A stretch of 64,000 nt of DNA, taken from the NCBI GenBank assembly GCA_001662655.1, contig KV460267.1. One strand, 5' to 3'. This DNA comes from Pseudogymnoascus verrucosus (Eukaryota). A program made the translations under genes and the position numbers. Position 1 is the first letter of the stretch. Every line of letters begins with the position of its first letter. Shown here in pieces: positions 62,765-64,000 of the stretch. The notes under the pieces were generated by a model. That model had not been told where the DNA came from. It saw nothing but the letters and a program-made list of their open reading frames with translations, and did no database searches.

Positions 62765-64000
62765 ATGTCGTCGGGATTGAGTAAGCGGCAGCAGGCGCGC
62801 AATGAGCGTACACTGCAGAACCTCGTCAAGAGCGTTCCGGGAAATTCGACATGCGCCGACTGCGGAGCGAGGAACCCAGGTGAGCCGCCGCAATCAATCC
62901 GTACATGAGATCTCAGGACCCTAACCCGTATACCAGGCTGGGCGAGTTGGAGTGTAAGTCGAGCGCCAGAACCGTCTGCGGTATCGTCCATGAATCATCA
63001 GTGCTAAGTCTCTGTAGTTGGGCATTTTTCTGTGTGTACGATGCGCCGCCGTGCACCGAGGGTTGGGCACCCATATTTCGAAGGTTAAGTCGCTGAGCAT
63101 GGATTCATGGTCTAATGAGCAAGTTGAAGTATGTCGAGTTCTTTCTAGTGATGCGCAATCGGCTCTAACACAAGCCAGAATATGAAGCAGAGGGGAAATA
63201 CGATGTCGAACCTGATTTATAATCCGAAGAACACGAGGCCACCCGTTCCAGTTGATGCGGACGAGGCCGACTCCGCGGTGGAACGGTTCATCCGAAACAA
63301 ATACAAGAATAGTGCCCCAGCTACGAACTACGACGATAGTCGCGACTATGAGACATCCGCGGCATACCGGGAACCTGAGTCAAACCGCCGGGAACCCGAG
63401 CCGGTCCGCCGCGAGACTACCTCGAACCACCACCGGCGGACTGGCAGCGCGGATTCCGAGGACGAGCATCCCCTCCCGGCACCGCCTCAGAAGACGAGCA
63501 GGTTTGGATTTAGGTCGGCATCCTCCATTTTCCCCATGTCATCGAAGGCGAAGAGGGAGGCAGCTGCAAGAGTATATCTAGAGAACCAAAACCAGAACGA
63601 CAGAGCTAGACGGGATGACGACGATGAGGGTCCGCCACCACCAAGGAAAGGGAAGCCCGCACGCATATTCGGGAACTCTAATGCATCCGATCGATCTGTG
63701 GATGAGTGGGAAAAGAAACTGGGCCAACTTCGTGAGATGGGTTTCAAGAACGACAGGCGGAATTCCACCGTTTTGAAGGGATTCAATGGCAATATGGAGA
63801 AGACACTTGAAACATTAGTACGGCTTGGAGAACGCGAGGCACCGTCAAGGTCAAGGACGCCTTCGACGGCACCAGTGAGCGCGGGACTCTCCATAAATCC
63901 CTCGAAAGACTCTCCAGCTTCTCCAACTCCATCAAAGAACCCATGGGATATGCCACCTGCGCCACTACAGTCTTCGCAGTCCACAGGCGCTCTTTCTCTC
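62765..64000 (+). CDS. ArfGAP plus UBA domain protein (Gts1/Ucp3-like), partial, runs off the right edge
   Basis: [63 protein letters not shown]-like [21 protein letters not shown]. Confidence 0.9.

Overview
Eukaryotic DNA from a filamentous ascomycete (Pezizomycotina): GT-AG introns with CTRAC-like branch points, fungal gene families and RIP-type mutation. The window splits in two. About 1-41.7 kb is an accessory, partly RIP-damaged region. It holds a dead DUF3505/RecQ-helicase element whose middle carries tyrosine-recombinase-like motifs, then a compact copper cluster (broken copper-fist regulator, intronless P1B Cu-ATPase, DUF4396 membrane protein, DHA1 MFS pump) whose promoters share a repeated TGCG-N3-TTTNTGCG motif. 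Next come a sugar porter/GH78 rhamnosidase/Zn2Cys6 cluster, RIP-killed lipase and ferric reductase genes, an F-box-ankyrin gene beside an orphan copy of the Cu-ATPase promoter, two more Zn2Cys6 regulators and an SDR. From about 41.7 kb onward the genes are mostly ordinary core genes: DUF3112, GUF1, MAD2, C1-THF synthase, eIF3i, an MFS, a P-loop protein, a TmpA-like protein and an ArfGAP-UBA gene. Family calls come from motif recognition by eye, not database searches. Intron boundaries are approximate.
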